DNA of 64,000 bases, from contig CAZXUW010000004.1 of NCBI GenBank assembly GCA_964644355.1, positions 17,838 to 81,837 of the forward strand. The letters are read 5' to 3'. Shown here in pieces: positions 40,289 to 49,467 of this stretch (within the stretch, counting starts at the first letter, position 1; each line of letters opens with the position of its first letter). The notes below the pieces were generated by a model. It ran no database searches. It was not told where the DNA came from and saw only the letters and a program-made list of their open reading frames with translations. Position numbers and translations under genes: made by a program. This DNA comes from an uncultured Bacteroides sp. (GTDB lineage Bacteria; Bacillota; Clostridia; Christensenellales; CAG-917).

Positions 40289-41721
40289 ATCTCCCCTCTT
40301 GCAACCTCCACGTATGCGTTCAAACTTGCCACGTATGCAACGGCACTACTGCTCTCAATGCAAAAAGACACCCTATATCCGCTCCTTTCGATTGGAACAA
40401 ATTGCAATTTTTCGCTACCTTTCACCGCCACTTTCTTTTCTTTGCCGTCTATATCAACCTTGAGCGTTATAGGATATTTGCTCACAAGCGACACTGATCT
40501 GATTATCTTCAACCTCGTATCTCCAAGTATGCTCGTTGGGCTCTTATACACCTTGTTTGTAGGCGTTCCAAACACGCAACCGCTCTTTGAAATCATGCCC
40601 AACTTATGCTTGTAGCTTCCGTCCATACAACACAAAATATCCGAGCCATTGTGCGTTTTCACCGTGCAGAAGCTGTTCACAGTCACACCGGCAAGCACAC
40701 TCAACTCTTTCTTTTCAGTGTCGTATCTAACAACCGCATTGTTTCCGTCCCCCACGCACTCTGAAAGGTTGCAAGCAATATAATAGCAATTATCAAGGTA
40801 TGCACAGCAAAGCGTATTCTTATTTTTTATCCTCGGCATCTCCTTTGCAACAGACACTGCATCATATCCGTCAAAGGCAAAAACACCATCCTCGGCACAA
40901 AACATAATTTTGTCGCCACATATCACAATCGACTCTTTATATATACGCCCCGTATCGGTAAACACCTTTTTCAGTATAAAATCGTTTTGATCACCATATG
41001 CGGTGAGCCTAAAAATTCCATACTCTCTAAACACGTACAGATAGCCCAGAAAGGACACAACTTTGATGGCTTCTCCAAAGTCGTCCGCAAAGTTTATATA
41101 GCCTGCTTCCGTTGGACTGACTTTCCAGTTGGACGGATCAAAATCATCTGAAAACCACACCTGATTATTGGTGCCGTTCACACTTCCAAACACCCTTTCG
41201 TTGTGCACCGCAATTGAGGTGAATCTCGGTGCCGACGAGCAAGCATATGCAGTGCCGTCCTCAATCATAAACAATCCGTCGTCCGCAGAGCAAACCAACA
41301 GCACGTCATTTCCGTTATAGTTGTAATTCACCGCATCAACGTCTCCGTCCATAGCAAGCGAAGGCACCTGTTTCCATGTCTCATTCCAAAAGACACTTGT
41401 ATACCAAAAGGATCCGTCCGCAAGGTGTACCACAATTCTGTCGTCGTGCAAACCGTTGCTTGCAAGTCTCCTATACAAAAACGCCTTCCTTATTTTTTTG
41501 CTTTGCGAAAAGGAGGGATAGTTGTGTCTGTCAAGGCTCGGAAAAGCATAATATCCGCTACCTGCGTCAATGCCGATCTCCCCGCTGAGCACTCCTTTGT
41601 TTATGGCAAAATTATGGCAAAGCGTTGCAAATCGCGTGTCCACCGCACTCTCATCCACCGAATTGACAATCCCTTCAAAGCCGATGCGAACTCTCTTTTT
41701 TGAAGTGCGAATATTCCTCAC
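40285..41721 (-). CDS. Podoviral tail nozzle/DNA stabilisation-like beta-propeller protein (P22 gp10/T7 gp12-like)
   Basis: Beta-rich; HNERVFG..VWFS..DPSNW, LYVFREYGIFRL..G, TG blades; GTG start overlapping upstream TGA. Confidence 0.6.
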   Translation of the reverse strand: MRNIRTSKKRVRIGFEGIVNSVDESAVDTRFATLCHNFAINKGVLSGEIGIDAGSGYYAFPSLDRHNYPSFSQSKKIRKAFLYRRLASNGLHDDRIVVHLADGSFWYTSVFWNETWKQVPSLAMDGDVDAVNYNYNGNDVLLVCSADDGLFMIEDGTAYACSSAPRFTSIAVHNERVFGSVNGTNNQVWFSDDFDPSNWKVSPTEAGYINFADDFGEAIKVVSFLGYLYVFREYGIFRLTAYGDQNDFILKKVFTDTGRIYKESIVICGDKIMFCAEDGVFAFDGYDAVSVAKEMPRIKNKNTLCCAYLDNCYYIACNLSECVGDGNNAVVRYDTEKKELSVLAGVTVNSFCTVKTHNGSDILCCMDGSYKHKLGMISKSGCVFGTPTNKVYKSPTSILGDTRLKIIRSVSLVSKYPITLKVDIDGKEKKVAVKGSEKLQFVPIERSGYRVSFCIESSSAVAYVASLNAYVEVARGEI

Positions 41722-42266
41722 ACCTGCCACCTCCTTCTCTTTATGCAAACGCCCTTCCCCTTATATCTCAAAAGGCCGATTTGAGCCCTGAAGTCCGTAT
41801 CGAAACTCTTTGCAAGCTCAAACACCTTTTCTTGAAAATAATACTCTGCAAGCGTAGCATCGCTCAAGGCGGACATAGTAAGACGCATATCCACAAGTTC
41901 GCTGTTGAGAGCAAGCACACCATCTGGCATATAGGCATATTTGATTTCCGTCTCGCCGGCGCCGCTCAAATAAATGCTTGTCGCATCCGTATAGTAGGTC
42001 ACCCTTTCTCCGCCGATTTTCACGCTGATGGGATACAAGATCTTCTTATCGAGCTTCTCCACGTCGATTTTTCCATCGACTGCCGAGATTTTTTGCGTGT
42101 ATACCAACGGCAGATAGTCTGCCACGATTTCCCTATAAGCAATATTCAACGCCCCTAGCAACTTATTCAAAAGTGCCGTTTCATCGTCGGTTGGGTTTTC
42201 CTTATTCACAAAGTTGACTTCTCCCATTTTCACAAGGCACTCGCCGATAACATCTTTAATTTGCAT
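41718..42266 (-). CDS. Head-tail adaptor-like protein
   Basis: 182 aa; helical N and C termini around a beta core; position between capsid and nozzle. Confidence 0.55.
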   Translation of the reverse strand: MQIKDVIGECLVKMGEVNFVNKENPTDDETALLNKLLGALNIAYREIVADYLPLVYTQKISAVDGKIDVEKLDKKILYPISVKIGGERVTYYTDATSIYLSGAGETEIKYAYMPDGVLALNSELVDMRLTMSALSDATLAEYYFQEKVFELAKSFDTDFRAQIGLLRYKGKGVCIKRRRWQV

Positions 42267-42267
42267 A

Positions 42268-42570
42268 TTATGCCTCCATTTGAGAAAGAAATGAATTTAC
42301 GATTTCACGCTCTTTTTGTTTTTGGATTTTCTCGTTATTCGCTTCGATCTCTCTAATCATATTTTCGATATTTTCAATTCTGGTTTTTTGGGCATACTCG
42401 AGAGTACGCACGTCGAGCCTATCGAAGGGCAACGCCATTTGCATTGCCCCTCTAGCGTGAATTTCAAACCTTTTCAACCTCATATTGAAATAGAGCACGT
42501 ACGCCCTATCAATCTCCTTCAACCTTTTGGCTATGTGAAAAAGGTCGTCATAAATCCGCTTAAGCTCCAT
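42268..42570 (-). CDS. Hypothetical virion-operon protein
   Basis: 100 aa; tightly packed between capsid and adaptor genes. Confidence 0.7.
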   Translation of the reverse strand: MELKRIYDDLFHIAKRLKEIDRAYVLYFNMRLKRFEIHARGAMQMALPFDRLDVRTLEYAQKTRIENIENMIREIEANNEKIQKQKEREIVNSFLSQMEA

Positions 42571-42572
42571 AA

Positions 42573-43949
42573 TTACAACCAGCTTGCAACAAGCGTGATG
42601 TCTTTTGTGACAGGTGTTGCAAAATTATACTCACTGCCGTTAAGAGTCCAGTAGTCAAAAGAACTGCCCGATTTTGTAGGAGATACGGGTTGAGTTGCCT
42701 TACCGCCGGCTGCGACAACCTGTGTTGCAACGCTTGTACCGCCGTTTGAGTCAAATGACACAAAATAACTATCCTCGTCACTTCCGGTGAACGTGATTTT
42801 TGCCTGTCCCATAGGTCTTTCGCAGAGCAAGTCGGCATATTTGACGAGAGTTGCACTATAGCAAGCCTTGCCTGCAACTTGGTGAAGCACCGTACCGCCC
42901 TCACCCTCAAGCCAACGCCAATCGCAAAGTTGATGAAGCTTGAAGTCCTTTGAATTGAGCAAATACATATCGTTATCCGCAACAAATCTGTCTGCAACAA
43001 ACGGAATACCTGAATATGACAATGCCTTATAACCGCCGTCAAGAGTGAGATAATCGATATTTGTGCGGTTTTCGCTCAAAGCTTTCACGTATTGTTTTCT
43101 CATCTTGTATGATGCAACGATAAAGTCGATTGCACCGCCACCAATTTCCTCAACGGAGTCGATTGCATCTTGCATATCGGCAATATTCACGCTTCTTGCC
43201 ACCGTCTTTGAATACGGGGTAAGGAAGGAATAATCACTTCTCTTAAGACCGTAGATATAATCGCTGTCGCCAAAAATCGCACCAAGACCAGTGATTTCAT
43301 TGCCCTTTGAGCCTTGCACGTAAATTTTGTAACCCGCACCATACACGGAATTTGCACTTTGAGAGAGTGTGATGACCTTTTGCACTCTGTCGATAGACGT
43401 GATTCTTGCGCCCGAAAGAGCCGTATCTTTCACGTCGCTTGAGTTGTACACGTCGATAGTCATACCCTCGATGAGGTTCTTGATGCTGTCCACAACCAGC
43501 CTATTCTTCTTTGTCGTGGTATTTGCAACCGTGGTTGCGATAAGACCGCTACCGTCACCGTAGAGCATACGACCGAAGTTAAATTTGCTTGCTTTGAGCA
43601 AACCGTCCATTTCAGCATTGAGCAAGTTCACAAAAGCACCGGCATTGTTTTGAGATGCACGAATTGCCTTGTCCGAAAGCTCGATTTTGCCAAACAAGTT
43701 TTTCAAAGTAAGTGTAAATTGAGCATAGTTGTTGCCACCGCTTTGAGGGAGTGCATCGTTCTCCTCTCCGCTTCCCACACCGCCGTTGATACCATACGGA
43801 GCAAGCTTTTTCACTTCTTTGCCCCAAACGTCGGCACTTGTCTGTGCGATTTTTGCAAACAGCGGATTTACGCCCACGTTAAGTTGATCTGCAAGCACGC
43901 CCAAATAAAATGTTTTCAATGCATTATCCGCAGTTGAAAGTGTAACCAT
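42573..43949 (-). CDS. Major capsid protein (HK97-like fold) with C-terminal InlB B-repeat/Flg_new domain
   Basis: E..ALP, IELSDKAI..S, LYGDGSG, GLGAI, GIPFVADRF..MYLLN; last 64 aa YFVSFDSNGG..PTK.G..F..W..PVTKDITLVASW; follows scaffold; SD GAGGAG. Confidence 0.8.
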   Translation of the reverse strand: MVTLSTADNALKTFYLGVLADQLNVGVNPLFAKIAQTSADVWGKEVKKLAPYGINGGVGSGEENDALPQSGGNNYAQFTLTLKNLFGKIELSDKAIRASQNNAGAFVNLLNAEMDGLLKASKFNFGRMLYGDGSGLIATTVANTTTKKNRLVVDSIKNLIEGMTIDVYNSSDVKDTALSGARITSIDRVQKVITLSQSANSVYGAGYKIYVQGSKGNEITGLGAIFGDSDYIYGLKRSDYSFLTPYSKTVARSVNIADMQDAIDSVEEIGGGAIDFIVASYKMRKQYVKALSENRTNIDYLTLDGGYKALSYSGIPFVADRFVADNDMYLLNSKDFKLHQLCDWRWLEGEGGTVLHQVAGKACYSATLVKYADLLCERPMGQAKITFTGSDEDSYFVSFDSNGGTSVATQVVAAGGKATQPVSPTKSGSSFDYWTLNGSEYNFATPVTKDITLVASWL

Positions 43950-43963
43950 AAATAAATTCTCCT

Positions 43964-44731
43964 CTATCTATTATTTTTCAAGAACATCATTCCGGCTTCT
44001 TGTATGGTTCTAGGTTTGAGAGAGGGAGCCACACACTGCGTGCCGTTTTCCACCAATATGATGGGAGGCTGACCGTTACGCACACTGCTGAGGTATTCGC
44101 TCACAATCCTATCCTTAACGTCCTTTGAACCAAACACGTACTTTTCCAAAAATTGTCCGTCCTGCATCAATTCTTCAGGTGACTTAAACTTGTCCAGTAG
44201 CACACGAGTGAGTGCCACGCTCAAACAGTTTCTATCATTTTTAAGCTGTGGTTCCTCCATGATTTTGCAAGCAATCTCCTTTGCAAAGCTTTTGGCGGAT
44301 GGGGTTTCATTGAAGAACTTATCCACCGCCTCACGCCACTGCTCCTCGCTTGCAAAACCACCTTGCTCGCTCTCAAGTTGTTTGAGTTTTTGACTTCGTT
44401 TTGTAAACTCTCTTTCAAGTTCACAATACGCCTTATAAAGTTCGGACGGGTTTTTGAATTTGCCAAAATTCTGTTTTTGTTCCTTATTTTCGCCCTCGTT
44501 TTCCGTGCTATCTTGATTATCATCTTGCAAGTCTTTTTCCGCTTCAACGTCGGGCGTTTTATTGTCGTTATTTGTCACAATTTGACTTTTATCATCAAAT
44601 ATGCTATCTATAAAGTATTGATTTTGTGCTTTGTCAGAAAATATCTCATCCACAATCTCCTCTGCAACAGGCACTTCCCCTTGCGTCTCTATACCCTTCA
44701 AAATAGCCTCTTTCACTCTATCCTCTTTCAT
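43964..44731 (-). CDS. Capsid scaffolding protein
   Basis: Acidic N-terminus, GKFKNPSELYKAYCELEREF motif resembling podoviral scaffolds; between portal and capsid. Confidence 0.65.
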   Translation of the reverse strand: MKEDRVKEAILKGIETQGEVPVAEEIVDEIFSDKAQNQYFIDSIFDDKSQIVTNNDNKTPDVEAEKDLQDDNQDSTENEGENKEQKQNFGKFKNPSELYKAYCELEREFTKRSQKLKQLESEQGGFASEEQWREAVDKFFNETPSAKSFAKEIACKIMEEPQLKNDRNCLSVALTRVLLDKFKSPEELMQDGQFLEKYVFGSKDVKDRIVSEYLSSVRNGQPPIILVENGTQCVAPSLKPRTIQEAGMMFLKNNR

Positions 44732-46602
44732 TGCTTGTCCTCCTTGTCAAACCTCTCCTCGAGTTTTTCAACACCGCCTTTAAGCTCCATAAGTTCGGTA
44801 TGCTTTTCAATATGTTCCGCCACTTTATCTCTCAACTCTCTGTCGTTCACGCAACGAGTTGACACAAGCAATCTGACGTGTTCCTCGATATGCAAAGCGT
44901 GATCGTCATACACGTCAACGCCCACTTCTTTCTTGTCAAAATCCATATTTTCTTTGAGAGCTTTCTTTCTGTGTTGCTCATCGTTATTTCTGCCGTCCTC
45001 CCAATTTCCAAAGCCGAGGATTTCAAAAATCTTTGATTTTGTAGAGGTCGAAAGTTTGCCGTTTTCATCCGAGAACAAACCTAGTTTAAGCAAGTCGTAC
45101 ACCATAGCTCGTCTTGCAGAAAGCGTATCCTCTATGTCACTTATTGTATCAAACACAATATCCTCACTGTCGATATTGCCCGAGGAGAACGCCGCAATTT
45201 CCACCTCCCCGTTTTCCCCCGTGATACGCTTAACCCTAGGCACTTTTGCAAACTGCCTATACAGTCTCAACACGTGTTTACCTATCCTTTTTATACTCTC
45301 TCGCAAGCTGTCTGCGGTGAGAGATATTCTCGTATCGTCCTGCTCTAGCAAAAGGGAAATTGCCGTACCCGATGCAACGTTGGACGGCACTTGTGAATAT
45401 GTCGTAACTTCACTCACACCGCTTATCATCACAAACTCATTGAGCAGTTTTTCTTCCTCTCTTGAGAACTCCACGGGCACCTGCACCGGAGCAAGTGAAT
45501 GTGGCGGATTGCTCCCCTGCCTATACACCACCACTTTTCCCGGAGGCAATCCCTCCTCCTCGAGCATATCCACGTCAACTGAGCCGTCCTCAACTGCGAG
45601 CACGCCCACCGCCATTCTGTTCATGTACTCATGCTTTCTGTTCTTGACGGTGTTGTACGCTCTCTGCACGGGGATAACCCTCTCCACCACTGAAGTGCCG
45701 AAAAAGTTGGACAAGCTATCAATACACACCTGTTTTGAGAAGGGATAACCTCTTGTACCATCCTCACCGTTCAAATATGGCAGATCTCCTCTAAAAAGGA
45801 GGGTATCCCCCGCAACGATAGTCAGCCTTCCCAGCGGACATTCGCTTGTTGGTTTCTCATATTTTTCAATCACCACAACGCTGTCCTCTCTCTTTTCACT
45901 CACAAGTTTAGGCACGCTTGCCGTATAACCAAATCCACCGCCAGATTCCGTGCTGTCAAAGGAAAACACGTTCACCTCACCGCCTTTAACTTCCTTACCC
46001 CACAAGCTTTTCACCTCTTGCGTCGTAAGCACACGAGCATGGATTATAGATGCTTGCTTATCAAGATCGGATATTGCAATATTTTCAGGGAAGATCTCAA
46101 AAGGCGGACAGAGCGAAATTGTCACGTCCCCCTCTTTCACCTTGCCTTCCGCATCCAACGTATGACCTTTGAGCGGATCCCAAGTTATCTTAAAAAACGC
46201 ACTGCCCGTAATCTCACTCCAAGAGTTAGCCATAGCCAGCTGTGAAGAAAAGTCGTTTTCCTTGCACACGGCATCAATAAGTTTTGAAGCAAGCGAGGCG
46301 GAAGCAACGTCGTCATCATCTGCCGTAGCAGGTCTAACTTGTGCCTTCGCCTTCACTCTTGCAAGCTTTGCAAGCCTGGTTTCCAAGATAGGAGCGATGT
46401 GGTTATACACCTCTCTTTCTTGCCAATAGAACTCTTTTGCACTTTCCTCGATATCACCGCTTGACGAAATTTGTGCAAATTGGTTCCCCACAACAAAATT
46501 CATATTCAGACGCCAATTCAACTCAAGAGGACGTCTAGCCTCCTGACGCTTTTTGAAATCCTCAATGATTTCTGCCACAATTTTCTCTTTGTTCTCAGAC
46601 AT
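44728..46602 (-). CDS. Portal protein (P22-like)
   Basis: 624 aa; GNQF, YNHI, VRP..DD, PFEIF, GYPF, G.SVVE.VIPVQRAYN, ISGV, ASGTAI; downstream of terminase. Confidence 0.75.
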   Translation of the reverse strand: MSENKEKIVAEIIEDFKKRQEARRPLELNWRLNMNFVVGNQFAQISSSGDIEESAKEFYWQEREVYNHIAPILETRLAKLARVKAKAQVRPATADDDDVASASLASKLIDAVCKENDFSSQLAMANSWSEITGSAFFKITWDPLKGHTLDAEGKVKEGDVTISLCPPFEIFPENIAISDLDKQASIIHARVLTTQEVKSLWGKEVKGGEVNVFSFDSTESGGGFGYTASVPKLVSEKREDSVVVIEKYEKPTSECPLGRLTIVAGDTLLFRGDLPYLNGEDGTRGYPFSKQVCIDSLSNFFGTSVVERVIPVQRAYNTVKNRKHEYMNRMAVGVLAVEDGSVDVDMLEEEGLPPGKVVVYRQGSNPPHSLAPVQVPVEFSREEEKLLNEFVMISGVSEVTTYSQVPSNVASGTAISLLLEQDDTRISLTADSLRESIKRIGKHVLRLYRQFAKVPRVKRITGENGEVEIAAFSSGNIDSEDIVFDTISDIEDTLSARRAMVYDLLKLGLFSDENGKLSTSTKSKIFEILGFGNWEDGRNNDEQHRKKALKENMDFDKKEVGVDVYDDHALHIEEHVRLLVSTRCVNDRELRDKVAEHIEKHTELMELKGGVEKLEERFDKEDKQ

Positions 46603-46653
46603 TTTTTCTCCTTACATCACTCAAGCTCATCGCTCGATTTTTTATTTTTTTTC

Positions 46654-46932
46654 TTAACGGGTGCGGTTTTCTTTTTCCAAGGCGAACTTTGCAATCAGTC
46701 TATCTCTTTCCCTTTCAAGTTCCTCATCGGACATATCTTGCACCTCCTCACTCATCGTAATGCCCATATACACCTTGAGTGCATTCGCATCCGGTGGGCA
46801 ATACTTGCTTGCAACCTTTCTTTTTGTCAACACAGGTTTTCCACCCTCCTCATAGGCGTATTCTTCCTGTATCTCCTTATAGCGGTAGCCCTTTGCTCTT
46901 TTGATAATCGACTTTACAATTTCCTCATCCAT
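46654..46932 (-). CDS. Short terminase-small-subunit-like protein
   Basis: IIKRAKGYRYKE...KYCPPDANAL resembles the KRAxGY..PD..A core of a TerS family; 92 aa; overlaps terL end. Confidence 0.5.
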   Translation of the reverse strand: MDEEIVKSIIKRAKGYRYKEIQEEYAYEEGGKPVLTKRKVASKYCPPDANALKVYMGITMSEEVQDMSDEELERERDRLIAKFALEKENRTR

Positions 46933-48344
46933 TTTTCCCTCCTGACGTCTCTCATCAATTTTTCTTTATCCAAAGTTATTTCACTCTTTTTAGCAATCGG
47001 CGGTTTGCTAGGCTTTGGCAAGCTCATCACAAAATACCTCAATTCGTCCAACGCATGGTCGTCCACTTTTTTAGGTTTATCGTTTGCTCCCCACCAATAA
47101 CTTTTGAGTTCTCTTATTAGATTCTCGCATTCTCTGAATATGAAGATTTTTGGCGGTCTTTGCTCAAACAAAGACTTTAACCTTTGAATTCCACTATATA
47201 AATCCTTATTTACGGCAGTATTCACCAAAATTCCCATTTCGCAAAACAATTCTGCAACACTCTTTTGCGACGCAAGCGTTCTTTGATTTGAAGCACTGTC
47301 GATAAGTGCGTGAAGTCTGCCTTGGCTATCCTTTTGCCAACCTATTCTCTCTGCAATTTCAAAGATGTCTTTTACATGCTGACTCACCCCTTGATTTTGC
47401 TTGAAGTGCTCTGCAACAACGTAGATGTTGCCGTCATAATCCACCGCATAAAAGTGAGCACTCGTAGGATTTGAAAGTCCGGGATCTATAGATATTTGAG
47501 CTTGCCATTCCTTTGGCACGTCAAAGGGATCTATCACGTGCACGGATGCATCGAATTCAGGATAGACAAGCCCTTCACCGCTAGAAAATTTTCCAAATCG
47601 TCTTGAGAGCTGATCTTGCTTGGACACACTTCCTTCCATTGCTTTTATTTCTTGCTTATCCAAAAACGGATTGTCATTCCACTCCACGTACTCACACCAC
47701 ACCTCATCACTTCCCGACTCGTTCAGCTCGATTTCGTTGTACACCCAAGTCAATCCCTTGAGCGGAGTCATAGTCCCAAAAATATCTCCTCTTTTGTCAA
47801 ACACTCTCATACGACACTCGTCATAAATATCCTTTGGCGGTTCCTCGTCAAACCACACGAAGTCCAACGACGCACCTTGAAATTTTTCTCTACCCTGATC
47901 GCAGGACTTAAAGCCGATTTTGCTAAGTCCGCCAAAAGCATTTTTCACCACGATATAATCGATGATTCCATATTCGGGAGCACCTTTGCTACCCTCTTGC
48001 ATCACAACGCTTTGGATAAATCTTTGCGGAAGATACTTCAACACCTTTGCCTGCGCAACGTCTCTTTGCACCTGTTGCGACACGCTCACCACCCAGCCAA
48101 ATACGTTGTCACGGTTTTGCCTATATGGATGTATTCCCATAGCCATCCACACCGTCTCCACCGCACCGCATTCCGTCTTACCCGAGCGGTTTCCGCCAAA
48201 CACCCAACGATTGCGTTTTGGGCATTTATGAAATGTCATTTGCTTTTCGTGCACGATGTCTCTGTTGTAGCAAGCAAGAGGCTCTTGTTTGCGATTGTCC
48301 ATTTCTTTTTGGATTTTGATAAGTTTCACAATTTCGTTATTCAT
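46914..48344 (-). CDS. terL: Terminase large subunit
   Basis: Walker A GGNRSGKT, Walker B VWFDEEP, motif C TMTP, nuclease acidic residues IDPG, DSAS, DDHALDELRY. Confidence 0.9.
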   Translation of the reverse strand: MNNEIVKLIKIQKEMDNRKQEPLACYNRDIVHEKQMTFHKCPKRNRWVFGGNRSGKTECGAVETVWMAMGIHPYRQNRDNVFGWVVSVSQQVQRDVAQAKVLKYLPQRFIQSVVMQEGSKGAPEYGIIDYIVVKNAFGGLSKIGFKSCDQGREKFQGASLDFVWFDEEPPKDIYDECRMRVFDKRGDIFGTMTPLKGLTWVYNEIELNESGSDEVWCEYVEWNDNPFLDKQEIKAMEGSVSKQDQLSRRFGKFSSGEGLVYPEFDASVHVIDPFDVPKEWQAQISIDPGLSNPTSAHFYAVDYDGNIYVVAEHFKQNQGVSQHVKDIFEIAERIGWQKDSQGRLHALIDSASNQRTLASQKSVAELFCEMGILVNTAVNKDLYSGIQRLKSLFEQRPPKIFIFRECENLIRELKSYWWGANDKPKKVDDHALDELRYFVMSLPKPSKPPIAKKSEITLDKEKLMRDVRREKWMRKL

Positions 48345-48543
48345 ACGCAAAGGTTACGACCGAGCCATCCCAAAATGCAAGAAATTATGTCACGCAATTT
48401 TTCAAAACAACGTCACACACCCCAAAAATAGGCAAATAAAAAAAGCCCCAAAACAAGCCGTTTTACCCTCTTGCGACAAAAAATCCCACTAAATTTGCAT
48501 ATAAAGACTTTTAATTTGGCAAATATTATAGTATTATATATTT

Positions 48544-49467
48544 ATGAAAAGAACGGCAATGAAAAACACCTTATTCATACTATCCGTAGTGACGCTCTCA
48601 CTTTTGCTTGCATGTTGCGTGCTAGCCATTTTGCTATTGCCAATAAAAATTGTTTACGCTGAGTCCACTCAAGAGGTTGTATACGCCCCCGTTTCCGACC
48701 TGGAAAACAACGAATATGCCGGCGTTTCAACAATCAAATTGATTTACGGCACCCAGTATTTCTATATTCCGGAAAGTTATTACGTTTCAGATATCACAAT
48801 CGGCCCAATGAACTTTTGCAGTGTCAAATACTGCGGATTTAATGCCTTTTATATTGAAACAACTGATAGTGAGCCAAATACGACCACCGTCACTTTTGCG
48901 GACGAAGTTTCCCCCTCTCCCGACGTGCTTTTAACTCTCAAAGAAGGCATCCAAATCACGCTGGGTGAAGAGAATATCACCAATGAATACACCATCAAAT
49001 TATTAGGCTACGGCGTTGATGACGAAACGCAAATTTTCATTGTTGCAATCAAAGACGGAACGCCATACTTCGGGTTTGCAAGCAGAGATAGCTTTGAAAA
49101 CTTTGTTGTGCCATATCACCCCATTGCCCAAGCGGAGAGAGAGGATCTTCTTGCAAGCAAGTTTGTCCCCGATCCGGACAATGGTGACATCATTCCCAAC
49201 ACTTCGCTATCCTTGCGTATAATTTTGATCATCGGCATATGCGTGCCCGCAGTCATAATTGCCTTCTTGCTTTTCAAACCCTCAAAGGTCGAACGCACAC
49301 AGGGCAAAAACGCCCTGCACAAAAACCGCTCTCGTAATGAGTTTGACTATGACTCTCCACGCTCTTATTCTTCGGATAAGCAAAACGGTTATGACGACGG
49401 TTATGACAGAGGCTACAGCCGTGGCTACAACGACGCCCGCAACAACTCCGACACCCGCTACGATTAA
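48544..49467 (+). CDS. Hypothetical exported protein with C-terminal TM and GY-repeat cytoplasmic tail
   Basis: Signal peptide (VYA-E), TM IILIIGICVPAVIIAFLLF, tail GYDDGYDRGYSRGYND. Confidence 0.75.
   Translation: MKRTAMKNTLFILSVVTLSLLLACCVLAILLLPIKIVYAESTQEVVYAPVSDLENNEYAGVSTIKLIYGTQYFYIPESYYVSDITIGPMNFCSVKYCGFNAFYIETTDSEPNTTTVTFADEVSPSPDVLLTLKEGIQITLGEENITNEYTIKLLGYGVDDETQIFIVAIKDGTPYFGFASRDSFENFVVPYHPIAQAEREDLLASKFVPDPDNGDIIPNTSLSLRIILIIGICVPAVIIAFLLFKPSKVERTQGKNALHKNRSRNEFDYDSPRSYSSDKQNGYDDGYDRGYSRGYNDARNNSDTRYD

Larger units (their letters stand above)
39104..48344 (-). mobile_element. Phage-derived virion morphogenesis operon (GTA-like candidate or minimal prophage remnant)
   Basis: Ten co-oriented, mostly translationally coupled ORFs: terL, terS-like, portal, scaffold, capsid, unknown, adaptor, nozzle-like, needle-like, coiled-coil; no integrase, replication or lysis genes. 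Confidence 0.8.

Noticed and set aside
42573-43949. Capsid as an encapsulin nanocompartment
   Set aside because: It is co-encoded with portal, scaffold and an intact terminase, which indicates DNA packaging.
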